From positions 310,001 through 374,000 of the forward strand of contig CDPCPM010000023.1 in assembly GCA_976551045.1 (NCBI GenBank): DNA of 64,000 nucleotides, read 5' to 3'. A program made the translations under genes and the position numbers. The notes beneath the pieces were generated by a model, which was not told where the DNA came from, did not search any database, and saw only the letters and a program-made list of their open reading frames with translations. Positions 37,761-50,350 of this stretch are shown here, piece after piece. Position 1 is the stretch's first letter. Each line of letters begins with the position of its first letter. The stretch comes from Glaucostegus cemiculus. Lineage: Eukaryota.

Positions 37761-40554
37761 GTAAGTCTTTCTTCTTTCTCCTTTCCACCTCAAAGCAGAA
37801 TTCTTTCCCACTCCCCCCTAATAAATCTTTGTATTTTCACTTGGTTGGTACCTGTACAGGTGTGAGAATTTCTTTTAATTCTCAATCGAGTTCTGCCAAC
37901 TTTACCCACAGCAATATGTTTGACATATGTTGTGGGAAATCCATGCCACATGGGTTTGAGCAGGAAAAAATCGACAATGAACTGGGGTTTATGTTCTGAA
38001 TTACAGGACCTGTTGGATCAATCATCAAGTCTAAAGAAGAGAACCGCACTGCAATGCTAGGATCTTAAAATGATGGGGAACTTCAGCTTAAGTCGAGGGT
38101 GCAAAGTGCTGGCACTGTTTTTGCAAATGTCAAAACTTTATTTCGGAGATGCAACCTTTATAGGTGTTATTACTCAAGACGTAAAACAGTGATTCTCAAT
38201 CCACATGCTGCATGTATCAGAAACAGCACTTGCAGAACATGTGACATCCTGTTAAAAACACTTCTTTTCAAATGATTATGGTGGGAAGCAGGTTTTGTGA
38301 CTCCACACCTCCTAAATCATCCAGAATCACAAATGCAGCCCAGTATAGCAAAAAGATTCACAGCCACTCATCCAGAAACAGTCTGTGTGCTGGAACAATA
38401 TGTTCTGCTTCCAAGCAACCTTGGGTTGTGAATATTTTCCAGTTCATTTCCTAAATAGTTTGCCCTTTTTTTAAAAAAAAAACTGCCCTGTGCAAAGAGA
38501 ATTTCAAACTTTTGGTGCTTTGTTGTTTCTGAAGCACAAGTTTGAACCTGAGACTTGTAAGTGCTGAAGTTTTCCATCGGTATTTTTAAATGCTTACTAT
38601 TTTTAAGTATTTACTATTTAGGTCATCTTCACGGAAGAAAAGGCATTGAATACAATGATCCTATGGTTGTGTCAAATGCGCTGTTAAAATTTTTATAATT
38701 GCGCAGGTAAAAATGGAAAAACATTCAGTATTGCTAATGCATACATGACCTAATGCAAAGTGTGCGTGCGTCAAGCATGGTTCCACTGACATGCTATTTT
38801 TCCCACTGACTGCCTGCCACAACTGTGCAGGTGTGCAGTCCTGCAGCAGTTCAACTGGATTATCAGATGCAAAATGCAGCCCCCTCAATGAAATATGGAA
38901 ATAATGAAAAGTATTTGTGTTTTTTAAAGCTTTCAGTTGAAAAGGAAGCACATATTTGACACAATTATAGTATTAACACTGTAATCAGTGTATTTATTTA
39001 CCTTCAGTGATGCAAAGTATGGTAGGTATGTGTTTCAGTGAAATAAGTTAAGGTGGTTCTGAACTGTGATGTTGCCATCTGCTGATTGTGCCAAAATCAT
39101 CCATTTCCCATGATAATGTAACATTGATGAATTCAGTAATTGTCTTGCTTTTGTGAATTTCTAATATATATGTATATGTATCAGCACAGTCTCATTAAGC
39201 TCGAAAATATGATTTGTGATTTCCTTAGCATTACATTAAAGACCAGAAGAGTAAACCCAAATTTTGCTCAGGTTCAAATCGAAATGGACTTTATCAGATA
39301 AACAATGTGTCCTAAGAATTCCGAGTGTGTGCATATTAAATGAGATGCTCTTGTGATATTAACATGAACTTTTAGCAATGAGAAATCATTTTTGGATTAG
39401 TCAAGAGACTTATTTTTTGTAAGCATTTTACTCCCACAAAAGCCATCACCCACACTGGATGTACCTGAAATACTCATGTTTTAATATATACAGGGATTGG
39501 GTAAATGACAAACACTTCAGTTGTTGGTCTTCTGACCAGCAGCTTGTGGTAAGATCCTAATCCATCTAAAACTTGGGGAGAACATCTGCGTCAGTGATTT
39601 TAAGAAATAACGTAGATTTTGTGGTGTATAAGTTAAATGCAGCATGCTAAATTGCTGAATAAGAAGCATATCCGTTGCCAACATTTTCCATGTGTAACTG
39701 TTACAGGATTCCTAAGGGAAGAAGTCATTCAATTGCCAAGTGTTAATTACAAACTAATCCTAATCAAACTTTAAGTGAAGCTTAACAACATATAATACAA
39801 AACTTTAGAAAGACCACTTGATATCTTTCAAATGAGTTATTTTACAAGGGAGGGAGCTTTATAGAGCAGGAAAGAAAGAAATCATCTTGTGATGAATATC
39901 ATTGTTTGAATGTCACTCCCTCTCATGGCTTGAGAAGTAAGAGCCTCCTAGGTAAAGGAAAATTGATCTCTAGTGTCCTGAACTGAAGTGGCATATCTCT
40001 CTCAGATACTTTGTTTTGGCACCAGATTCAAATGATTATCTCCACAATCAGTAATGAGTGGTTAGGACACGTACCTAGAAGAAAATACTTTGATATAATG
40101 GAGTATGCAAAAGCAAGGGAAATTAAAATCACAAGGGTTTGAATGTGGGCAAAGTAAGATGGACTTTTTTTTAAACATTTGTTTGAACCGTATATTGCAA
40201 CCGTATATCTTTATATTAAATTAATTAAATGCTCTTGCTCTCTTGCGGAATCTTCTTGGTGCTATGTGAGTAATTTCAGTTTACTCACTTCTGTTTGACG
40301 CTGGCACCGGTGACAGGATTGATATGGTACAAGTGCCTCCATCTTATCCTCAATAGGTATCTTCATTTTATTGTCAAAAAACATTCTTGCCCGCACCATT
40401 GTGATTCTTCCCCTCCTCAGAGATGTATATTTAAATCCTTCCTGAGTGAAACTACCAATCAGTGCCAAATTAGGGACAGATCTGTGGTTGAGCATGGCCA
40501 GGAGCTTAGTTATGATTGTGCAAGTTAATTTCATTAAAGGACTAACTGCCAGGA

Positions 40555-40800
40555 ATAAAGCAAAGAAAATGCTGGAAGTATTCGACAGATCAGGTAGAAT
40601 CTGAAGAAAAGAAAATAGAATTAAAGCTTCAGCTCAATGAGCTTTCATCAAAACTAGAAAAAGATAGAAATTTTAAAGAAACTTAATGTTGCAGAGGAAG
40701 AGGAGAGAGAACAAAAGGGAAGGTCCTTGAAGGAATGTAACGAATGGTGGAGATGCTGACTGAGAGGGGCTGATAAAACCCAGGGGCAGGTGGATATAAG
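40555..40800 (-). mobile_element. Penelope-type remnant with degenerate hammerhead core
   Basis: Reverse strand reads TTGATGA-A-AGCTCA-T-TGAGCT-GAAG, followed by the family tail. Confidence 0.55.
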
Positions 40801-40984
40801 AGAAGATAAATTAAACCTGAAACTATCGGAAGACAAGATAAAAAAAAAATCAAGATACTTGGAGTGCATTTCTGCAAAGAAATCCATCTAATTTCCCTAT
40901 CGTTTAGTAAAATGGAGAGAAGCCAGCTGGGTTCCTATGCAATCTTACCATTCCTAAAAAAAACAGAAACATAAATATTTATAA

Positions 40985-41095
40985 AATAATAACAGAAAAT
41001 ACTGGAAATACTCAGCTGTTCAGGTAGCACCTGAGGAGAGAGACTAACAAAATTTTGAGTCAATGACCCTTCATCAGAATTGGAAAAGTGAGAAA
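40985..41095 (-). mobile_element. Penelope-type remnant with degenerate hammerhead core
   Basis: Reverse strand reads ttCTGATGA-AGGGTCATTGACTC-AAAA...caggtgctacctgaacagctgagtatttccag. Confidence 0.6.
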
Positions 41096-42854
41096 TATTT
41101 CATCTTGGGCACAGAGTGAAACCCTAACAACAAAGAAGATTAAATTCCTATGTACTTCTGAACACAATGAGGCAAGGTATCTCTCAAATCTTACACGGAA
41201 ACTGCATGGCAATAGATTTGTAATAATCAGGAGATGTCCATAACTCAAGTATTAAAATATTGACACTTTAATGAATGTGATTTCAGATGGTAACTGTAAA
41301 TAGAAGCTATCATTTTAATGAATGAGCCTAATGATGTGATAATTATGTAGTGTCTATTGTCATTCACAAGTATGCAGTAATTTTTCAAAGATTCTGGAAC
41401 AGTGTCCTCTTTCACACTCTGTACTTAGAATTCACACCAGTTGTATGCAAATTTACAAGCTGACTGTCAGGTTTGCGCTTTTTAAACCAAAATAAAACAG
41501 ACTGGATAGAAAGAAACTTTAATAATTCAGGCCTGCTGTAGTATAAAATATTTAACTGCTGTGTGAAATGTGGCAGTTTCTTTCCCTGCTATTTTTCTCC
41601 ATGTCCAAAGCATAACTTCTGCTTGGGTTTGCTTTCCCATACCTCCTGTACTTCATCAAGTGTATCTATTTTCCATATTGGAGACTAGATATTGATAATC
41701 TTGTCAAATTTCAAAGACAGTTCAATCAGGTGGTTATTCTTTCTGCTTGCATTGATGTACAACATGTGACCACTAAATATCTATGAGAAGTGGAACCCCT
41801 GATCTTCACCATCTCCTTAAAGACTAGGTAACATGCGACTGTCATTCCAGTTGACAATCAGATAAACCTCTGAATTTAGGTCAAAACCTGCAGTGACCCA
41901 AAAACCTATACAAGATTGAACAGACTTTCTTTCTCTAGTTCTCCAGTAACTGTCACATATTAACCAACCACCGTCACAGCAAGCCCTTCACTGTGCCTGT
42001 CAGCAATTTCTCTTGGCAGTAAGTTTAACTAAATTACTCACTGAGATAATGGATTCCAGCTAAAAAAGCAATGAGGACAATGGAGAGGAAGAAAATTGAT
42101 GACTGGGGAATTTTTTGACAGGGCCCAGAGAAGGTCATCTTATAGATAAACATAAACAAAAATGAATGAATTGGAAATGGGGTTGAATGCAAAATATTCC
42201 AATTACTTTTTTTTTACTGAAGGGGCAACTTATATTTCTGTTCATTAATATGATATTGTGCAAAATTTAGAAATGCAAGATTTAAGGACATTTTCCCCCA
42301 CAAGGACATTCTCTCTGTTGATGCTTTTTAAGAGAGGGCACAATAATTCTGATAACTCTTGCCTGAGTGTGGACAAGACACCAAATGGCTGTTCCTCACT
42401 TGTAAATTAAAATGTTTCTGGCCCCTGAGATCACATGTAATTTATCAAATCTATATCAGGAGCTTAAGAAATGCCAACCTCTTAGATGCAAAAATATCTT
42501 TATAGATAATGGAGCCCCATGTATAGAGCTCATATTACTTCTATATTATGCACTGGATTTATTAAGAGTTACCATTACTCAAGATGATTAGCTTTTTTCA
42601 ATTTTTCCTCCACTTTTCCTTTCCCTGCCATCTTGTATTTACAGTGGATTCTGTATAACAAGGGAAGGTGAGCCATTTCTGTGACCAACTCTTATTAGCC
42701 ATTGAAGAGTGTTATTTTGAAGGTGCTGTCAAGTAGCATCGCATTAAATCTCCTATGGCTGGAATTATGCAACTTTGCAAAAATCCATTTATGTATTGAT
42801 CTAAGTGGTGACTATTATTACTTGCTGATTACAAAGGCCATTCTGCTTACTGTA

Positions 42855-43165
42855 TCCATGTTGTCTTCCAACAGAGCAATCCCATCAGTCCCATTCCTCC
42901 TGCTTTATTTTCTTGTGGCTCTGCAATGACTTGTCTTTAACATGCCTATCACTCCACTTTGATTCTTTTGCCACTCACTCTACAGTGGCTAATTCACCTA
43001 CCAACGCATCTTTAGATGTGGGAGGAAACTGGTGCATCCAGAGGAAACTCATGCAGTCACAGACAGACAGTCTAAATTCCACAGAGACAACATCCAAGAT
43101 CAGCATGGAACCTGGTTCTCAGGATCTCAGAGGCAGCAGCTCAAACAGCTGTGCCACAGTGTCAT
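42855..43165 (-). mobile_element. tRNA-derived V-SINE (HE1-like)
   Basis: Reverse strand has a tRNA-like head (gtggcacagctg...gaaccaggttccatgc), a V-domain-like segment (gtgactgcatgagtttcctctggatgcaccagtttcctcccaca) and a CR1-like tail. Confidence 0.75.
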
Positions 43166-43869
43166 CTGTCTAATTAAATAGTTTCAATATATATGCATCT
43201 TTTTTGCAATTAAAACAGTAAGACTCAAAAATAAGTAACCATTATGTGGATCATCTGAAAGCAAAACAGTTAATCTAAGGTATATTTTATCTTGCGTGAT
43301 ATTTCACCTGATGGATTAACTTCCTACTGCTGACTGATCTAGGTATATTATTTGAAAGATAATTGATTTAAAAAATTGTTAATTGCCTGAACCTTCCCCA
43401 AGTAGAAGTTAGGAAAACTACTTCCATTATGTAAATGAACCAGACCTAAAATGGCAACTGTAATCAGGAGAGCACATAGTGGATGTTTGTCAGTTGTGTC
43501 AGGCAGGTATGTGGAGTTAGGTCACAGGTCTGTGGTAATCTCATTGACAGGCTGCAGAGGTCCCTATGTTCACTATACTGATCATACGAGTCCAACATTC
43601 AACATTCAGTACTGCACCACCGTGAAATAGAAATTAAAATAGGCTTTCACTATAAAGATTCCAACTCAGCAACACCAAAATCCTCTCAAGTAAACAAAAT
43701 GGCCCAACAATGGTTTGGTGCTGTGTAATTCCTTTTCATGGTTGCTCTTGTTATGACAAATATTCTAGAGCATTAAAGAAAAACTGGATTTCATCCAGTT
43801 ATGTCTCCTGCATTACGTATTACATTTTATTTAGAGAACCCTGACTGAGTTGACAGGCTAAAACCAATT

Positions 43870-43962
43870 TTGATTCTGATGAAAGGTCCTTAAGTTGAAA
43901 TGTGAACTCTGTTTCTCTTCTCACAGATGTGGTTTGATCTGCTAAGTATTTCTATTTTTATT
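43870..43962 (+). mobile_element. Penelope-type remnant retaining CTGATGA and GAAA boxes
   Basis: ttCTGATGA-AAGGTCCTTAAGTT-GAAA-TGTGAAC followed by cacagatgtggtttgatctgctaagtatttc. Confidence 0.6.
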
Positions 43963-44059
43963 CAAGGAAAAACAAAAGTTTGTTTCAATTAGAAGTAAGT
44001 TATGATGTATTTGTGGACCTGTGGTGGAAATAATTGTTCACCCTATATGACCCTGATGG

Positions 44060-44155
44060 ACAGTGGGGAAAACGCTTAATAATGACTTTTTTTTTCCTAA
44101 CAATGCAGACAGTGGGGAAAATGCTTAGTAATGACTTTTTTGCTAGCAATGTAAG
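44060..44155. repeat. Tandem duplication, about 49-bp unit, two copies
   Basis: gacagtggggaaaacgcttaataatgacttttt... followed by gacagtggggaaaatgcttagtaatgacttttt... Confidence 0.85.
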
Positions 44156-45844
44156 CTTTGGAACTGGATCAAAGTTATCTTTCTAATGGTTATAAGAAGA
44201 AGTGGAGGGTTTGACTTTGAAGAACAAAGAAATATTGCCCAGAAATCCAGTTGCTTGCCTCTTCAGCATAGCAGATATGAAAATTGATTTCCTGGCATGC
44301 AGTGTGACAGTGGTAATCTCTAGGTCTGATTGTCCTACGCCAAGAATTTGACCAGGCACACTCTGATGTAATTGGTATTTGTCCAAGTAAAAATTTATCC
44401 ATAGCAGACATAGACATAATGACATTTCTTGTGCATCCCTATTCAGAGCATTGCTGGGAGAAATTGTATGTAATGTTGGTATGCCACTGAAGAGCTGGTT
44501 TAGATTTTCTCAATTGTGGATCCCACTGTTTGTGATGGAATTATTCAGTGGAATAGACTGTCAGAGTACATCAACCACCCACAATCTGAAATTAATTCTT
44601 TTCATTGAAGAGACCATTTGAGGTTTAATTCTGACCCCTGCCTGAGCCTATAATAAGACTGTGCTGGAACCTGTGCATGGTTCAATGAGTGTGTTTCATA
44701 TCTGATTTACTGTTATACTGTAAATAAACCTGACAATTTGTTTGATTTCATCAAGTTATGTCTCCAGAATGATGTATTACATCCTTGTTAGAGAACCCTG
44801 ACTGAGTTGACAGGTTAAAAGGAATATTGGATTACAAAGCATGTGAAAAAGGCTTACACAACCAAACTGGTATTTATTTTGAATGCGTGAACACACTGAA
44901 GACAAGTAAAACAGCTGGAATTTAAGTTTCGAACAATCACAAATTATAATCAGGCCATTTACATTCTTAAATCCTGAGATTCTGTTCTTCCAGCTGGCAG
45001 TATTTTGTGTGGTGATGATAAGATTCCATCCACAAGCTTGCACAGGCTTTTACCCCTTTAGACTATTAATGAATTTTATTTAATCGTGTCCCATACCTAC
45101 ATACCAATTTTTTTATTTACTCCACAACATAGCAATCATTTTTGGTCAAACTGATGTGCGTGCTGAATCTTAAAGGCAATCAATCTTATTCACAATTGTT
45201 AAATAAAAATCACTATGAATTCATTTTTAAAAACAAATTAGGTATAGAATTGTCATCGTGTGACAAAATGTGAGTCAAAATATCTCTATTTTATCATGAA
45301 TATTGTAATGAGGAGCTGTGGATGTAGAGTGTAGGAGGGTGGTGTAGGATTGTTCAGGGTGTTGAATGTGTGGTCTTTAATAATTTTTCCCACACATTTT
45401 ACCATGTTATTACATCTTCCCAAGTAATGTTCCATTATATTCAGTCTGTAGTCTCGAGAGTGGAAAAATAGGGTAAGCATTTTTTAAAAAGTTATCAATG
45501 TGCTGCAATGGTTGGAGCATCAGTTCCAGAACTTGATTACTGTCAGACCAATGACTTTACCATGAGTAAAAATCTGTTGAATTTGGCATGATATGGGGCA
45601 TTTCTGAACTTGTACACAACACCTTTAAGCATGGCTGGGCTGGAAATTTGAAAAAAAGATCACTATTGTGGTAGTGATGTAGTATTTTATGGTTGGAAGT
45701 GAATAAATCTGCTGAGAAGCAGGGGTAATACAGCAGCAAAATCTAAATTACTTGCTATGAGAGCAGAGTCAAATAAAAAAACAATGAGTAATATTTAAGA
45801 GTTAAAGTAGAAATATGACTAATGCTGGAATCTGAATCTTTATA

Positions 45845-45969
45845 CTAGCTATCTCCCATCTCCACCCTCAGACCTGATGCAGGGTTTCGACCCATAATGT
45901 TGACAATTCTACCTGCCAAACACAGATTCTGCCCAACCAGCTGAGTTCCTCCAGCAGGTTGTTTGTTGC
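45845..45969 (+). mobile_element. Penelope-type remnant with degenerate hammerhead core
   Basis: cagacCTGATGC-AGGGTTTCGACCC-ATAA-TGTTGAC...ctgagttcctccagca. Confidence 0.65.
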
Positions 45970-47597
45970 GACTGAAGTGAGTCAGCAGAAGTCAGAATGA
46001 AAATGCTTGACGTATACTTGGCTTTCATTGAGAGAACTCACTTCAAAGGAGGTGATGGTATTACAAAAGGTGTCTGATTATAGCCAAATCTAGATTGCCA
46101 GACCTAGGTGTGGAAGAGAAATATACCACAAGTACTGGCAACCAAGAATTGAAAGAGAGTGAGAAGTTTAAGGTAATTGATATAAAGGAAGAAAAATATT
46201 AGGGGATTAATAGAATAGAAAGCTGACAAATGATCTTCGATCTAATGGCCTACATGCTTGAGCTTTAAAAGAGTTTTGGTCATCCATAATCCCCCTAGTT
46301 CTAGAAAAGTCATTGCAAATTCGGGTAGAAGAAATATAATCATGTTATTTAAGAAAGAGGGAGAAAGAACATGATTGAGAAGAGTTAGTCTGGAATCATT
46401 AGTAGGGACATGATGATGAGGCAATTAGAAGATCAGAATATAATTAGACTGAATCAAGATGATTGTGTGAGAGGGAAACAGAGTTTGACAAATTTGTTAG
46501 AGTTAACTGAGGCTGTAATAAGCAAGGTAGAATCTAAATTTTTCAAAAAGGTATCAAAATGTATTGAGTAAAATGAAACTGGTATAGTCACAAAGACTTC
46601 AGTAAGGCCTTTAAGATCTGAAAGGAGATTCACCGGGCTAATTCCTGGTACGAGAGGATTGTCCTTTCAAGAGAAGCTAAACAATTTGGGTCTGTATTCC
46701 TTGGTGTTTGGAGAATGAGGGGTGATCTTCAAAATAAGGGGCCAGTTGTTTAAAATATTGAAATTTCTTCTTGCAGAGGGTGGTGAGTGTCTGGAATTCT
46801 CTACCTCAGAGAGTTGTGGAGTTAGATTATCAGAAAGCATTTAAAATGCATGTAGATGAATTTTTGAAAGATTAGGGAATTGAGTGCTACAGAGAAGTGA
46901 CACAGAAAAGGAGCTGAGGCCTCAGCCATGATCATATTGAATGGTAGGGGCCACATGGCCTACTCCTGCTTCTGTTTTCTTGTCTTCATATGGGAAACTG
47001 GTCCAAAAGTTTAAAGCCCATGAGATTCGGGGCAAGTAGGCAAATTGGATTCAAAACTGGCTTTGTAATAGGGGGCATAGGGTGATGCTTGTTTCTGTGC
47101 TTGGAAACCTGCAATCAGTAGCTCCAACGGGTATCAGCGCTTCACTGTTTGTTATAAACAATAATAATGTGGATGTGAACGTCAGAGGTCTGATAAGTAA
47201 GTTAGCAAATGAACTGAAACTTGGTGGTGTTGTTGATAGTGAGGAGGGCAGTATTAGGCTACAGGATGATATTGATCAGTTGATAAGATGGACAGAACAA
47301 TGGCAGATGGAACTTAATCCCGATAAATTCAAGGTGATGCACTTTGTGAGGACCAGTAAGGGTAGGACATATACCATGAATGGTAGGGCCCTCGGGAGAA
47401 TTGAGGAACAGAGAGATCTGGGGTGTACAAGTCTAAGGGTTCTTAAGCACAAGTAGAAAAGGTGGTTAAGTAAGCGTATAGGTTACTTGCCTTCATTCAC
47501 TAGGGCATAGAAATATAAGAGCAGTAAGGTTATGGCACAACTTAATGAAACAGGTTAGGCTGCAGCTGGAGTGCTGTGCAGAGTTTTGGATGCAAAC

Positions 47598-48000
47598 TAA
47601 TTGGTAATTGGCTTACTATTGCCACATGTACCAATTTACACTGAAAAACTCTGTTTTGCATGCCATCCATACAGATCATTCCAAACATAAGTACATTGAG
47701 GTAGCACAAAGGGAAAAGCAATAGAAAAATGCAGAAATCGTGTACAGTTACATGTAAAGAGCAGTGCAAGTAGACAAATAAGGTGCAAAGGCTACAGTGA
47801 GGTAGACTGAGAGATCAAGAGTTCATGTTTAACGTACAAGAGGTCCGTTCAAGGGTCTTATAACAGCAGGATAGAAGCTGTCCTTGACACTGTCCGTGTG
47901 TGTTCTCAAGCTTTTGTATCTTCTGCCCGATGGAAGGGAGGAGAAGAGAGAATGACTGGGATGGAAGGGGTCTTTAATTATTTTGGCTGCTGTTCACTGT
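47598..48000 (-). mobile_element. Rex1-like 3' fragment inserted in a CR1
   Basis: aattggtaattgg tail; collinear with 15701-16075 (aacagcaggatagaagctgtcc, tttgtatcttctgc..gatgg). Confidence 0.75.
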
Positions 48001-48680
48001 CGAATGGGCGCGATTACACAGGAGGGGAGATTCACCAGGATCATACCTGGAATGAAGCACTTCAGTGATGAGGAGAGACTGGATAGGCTGGGTTTGTTTT
48101 CCTTGCAGGAGAGGAAGCTGAAGGGGGACTGGATAGAGGCATACAAAACTATGAGAGGCATAAATAAACATAGAGAGTTGGAAACGTTTTCTAACAGCAA
48201 AGTTACTAAAACCAGTGGACATAGGTTTAGACTAAGGGGTAAACATTTTTGAGGGAAGCTATGGAAGAACATTTTCACTGGGGGGAATCTGGAATGGACT
48301 GCCTAAGGGGGTTGTGGAGGCAGATACTTTTACAACATGTAATAAGTATCTTGAGAAGCACTTGAATTGCTAAAGCACGGAAGGCTAGGACTAAATGCTA
48401 GTAACGGGGATTAGTATAGATGGGTACTTGATAGTGAGCAGAAGGGCCTGTTTCTGTACTGTATACCATGACTCTATAACATGTTTAGATTTTCAAAAAG
48501 CATTCAATGTTGATGCCATACAGGAGATTATAAAACAAGATTAAGGATCATGAAATTAGGAAAGTTTAGTAGAAAGAAACCAAATAGGAACTAGGGGTAT
48601 TTTTCAAGCTATCAATGTATAACTAGTGGTATATCTCAAAGATTTATTCTTGGGCCTTAGGTATTTACAACCTAAATCAG

Positions 48681-49175
48681 TGAAGGCAGAGTTGGGGGTG
48701 TGGATGCTGTGGCAAGGTAAGGGTTAAGACAGTGTGCAGGCAGAGATGGTTTGCAGACAGTCTGCAGTCACCCATGCTGAGCAAGGTCCTTGAGAGCACA
48801 GCTCCTCCGTACGGCATGGGAGCTGAGGTCACCAGCCATACCAAGAGAAGATAGGGATGCAAACAAAGGATTGCAAGGCACACACTAACTATTGGACAGA
48901 TATTTTACTAACTCTCAAGTATTATTAGCTATTAACATGTTAGTTTCTATTGGTCATTAACACCTATATTAATGGAACATGATTGGTATTTTATGTATGC
49001 AAATGAGGGATTCTAATGGTGCCCAAACATATTAATTGGTCAATATCTGTTTAAAAAAACAACTCCTTGTTGAAATTTTAGAATAGTTCAGTGACGGGGG
49101 CCAGATTGTTTCCCTTGTGCACAAGTAAATAAAGTGTGATTGAGGAACGAGTGCAAGTTGTCAGAGTCCAGTTCA
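48681..49175 (+). mobile_element. Candidate solo LTR (495 bp)
   Basis: Ends TGAA...TTCA with a near 4-bp TSD (tcag/tcgg). Four ATTGG boxes (48891, 48949, 48982, 49035), octamer ATGCAAAT 48997-49004, TTTAAAA at about 49050, AATAAA 49128-49133. It interrupts the CR1 RT frame just before the FADxTK motif. Confidence 0.65.
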
Positions 49176-50234
49176 TCGGCGATGACAAGGGGACTGAGTG
49201 TAATGTATCCAGGTTTGCTGATGGTACAAAGCAAGATGGGAAATTAAGTTGTGAACAGGACTCAGATTGTAGTGATATAGGGAAGAAAGGGAAGATATAA
49301 TGTTGAGAAAAGTGAAGTTAGCCACTGTGCTATTAAGTATAGTATGTAGGATATCTGTTGAAATGTGGGAGGCTGGATGTGATTTAAAAGGGATTGCCAT
49401 GTCCTTGGACAAAAATCACAGAAAGTTAACATTCAGATGGGACAATTAATTTGGGAAACACACAATTTGTCAGCCTGGGGATTGGGGTACCAAATTCTTG
49501 CTGAAATTATATCACGAGATGTTAAGGTTGCAACGGAATATATTTTTGATCACCATATTATCCAGCTGTTTACATGGTTTAGAATGGTGTAATTAAACTG
49601 TGCAGTGTCGATTTCTGAGATGAGGAGGCTGACCTGCCGGAAGAATGTAAATATGTTCTCTGAAATTTTGAAGAATGAGTGGTGATTTTGCTGAGATTTT
49701 CAAAAATTCTTCGAAGGGTTTTTGGGTAAATGTTGAGAGGCGGAGTGCCCAGAATGGTCATAGCCTCTCAGTGAAGGTTTTGTCATTTTAGACTGAAGTG
49801 AAAAGAAATATTGTAAGTCTTGTGAATTCTCTAGCCAGGTGGCTGAGTGTGATCAGTTGTTGAGTTTAGTCAAGACTGAGGTAACTCCTTTAATGTAGAA
49901 AATATATTTGAGGGATGTGGGGTAAGATAGGCATGCAGACTTGCTCTTACAGAAGTAAGATTGAGGCATTCTGGTCAATACTGGCTCCAGCTTAACTTCA
50001 TTTCAGGCATTGGAATCCCGAGAAAGTAGACCAGCAAAGGTGGTTCCAGGCTTCGAATGTCTAAAATGAAAAGGATGTTTTCTCAAACTCCTCCTGCAGT
50101 TATGTATGTTTTTGGCAATGAGATACAAGAGCAGAGTCTGTTCAAGTCAACGTAAAAAATTCTGGAGCTTTTTTTGTAGATGAATGGGGAGTATACCAGC
50201 TAATTCTCCTTCTCCCCAACAATACCATCAAAAG

Positions 50235-50350
50235 CTGAGACACAAGTGACTGGCAGATACTGACATCTGGAGTAAAAACAAGCTGCTGGAGGAACTCAGT
50301 GGGTCAGGCAATATCTGTGGAGGCAAAGGGATAGTCAATATTTCAGTGCA
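50235..50350 (-). mobile_element. Penelope-type terminal remnant
   Basis: tgctggaggaactcagtgggtcaggcaatatctgtggagg matches 63688-63726. Confidence 0.6.

Larger units (their letters stand above)
43787..44820. repeat. About 77-bp imperfect direct repeat pair (43787-43863 and 44744-44820)
   Basis: Identical 27-mer ttagagaaccctgactgagttgacagg at 43831-43857 and 44788-44814, plus shared gatttcatc.agttatgtctcc. Confidence 0.85.
46150..49990 (+). mobile_element. Nest of CR1 LINE fragments (host element plus at least two inserted CR1s)
   Basis: ORFs 47082..47456 (ISKLANELKLGG..WQMELNPDKFKVMHF..RDLG) and 47983..48252. LDFQKAF at about 48485; SRFADGTK at about 49208. Separate 3' tails at about 46985, 48480 and 49990. 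Confidence 0.8.

Noticed and set aside
25571-37764. In-frame stops immediately after donors of cassettes A, B and C (AAG TGA, AAG TGA, CTG TAA)
   Set aside because: This follows automatically from phase-2 introns starting GTRA and is not a special signal.
43085-43165. tRNA-like sequences here and at about 52010-52095
   Set aside because: These are degenerate SINE heads attached to SINE bodies; no intact cloverleaf.
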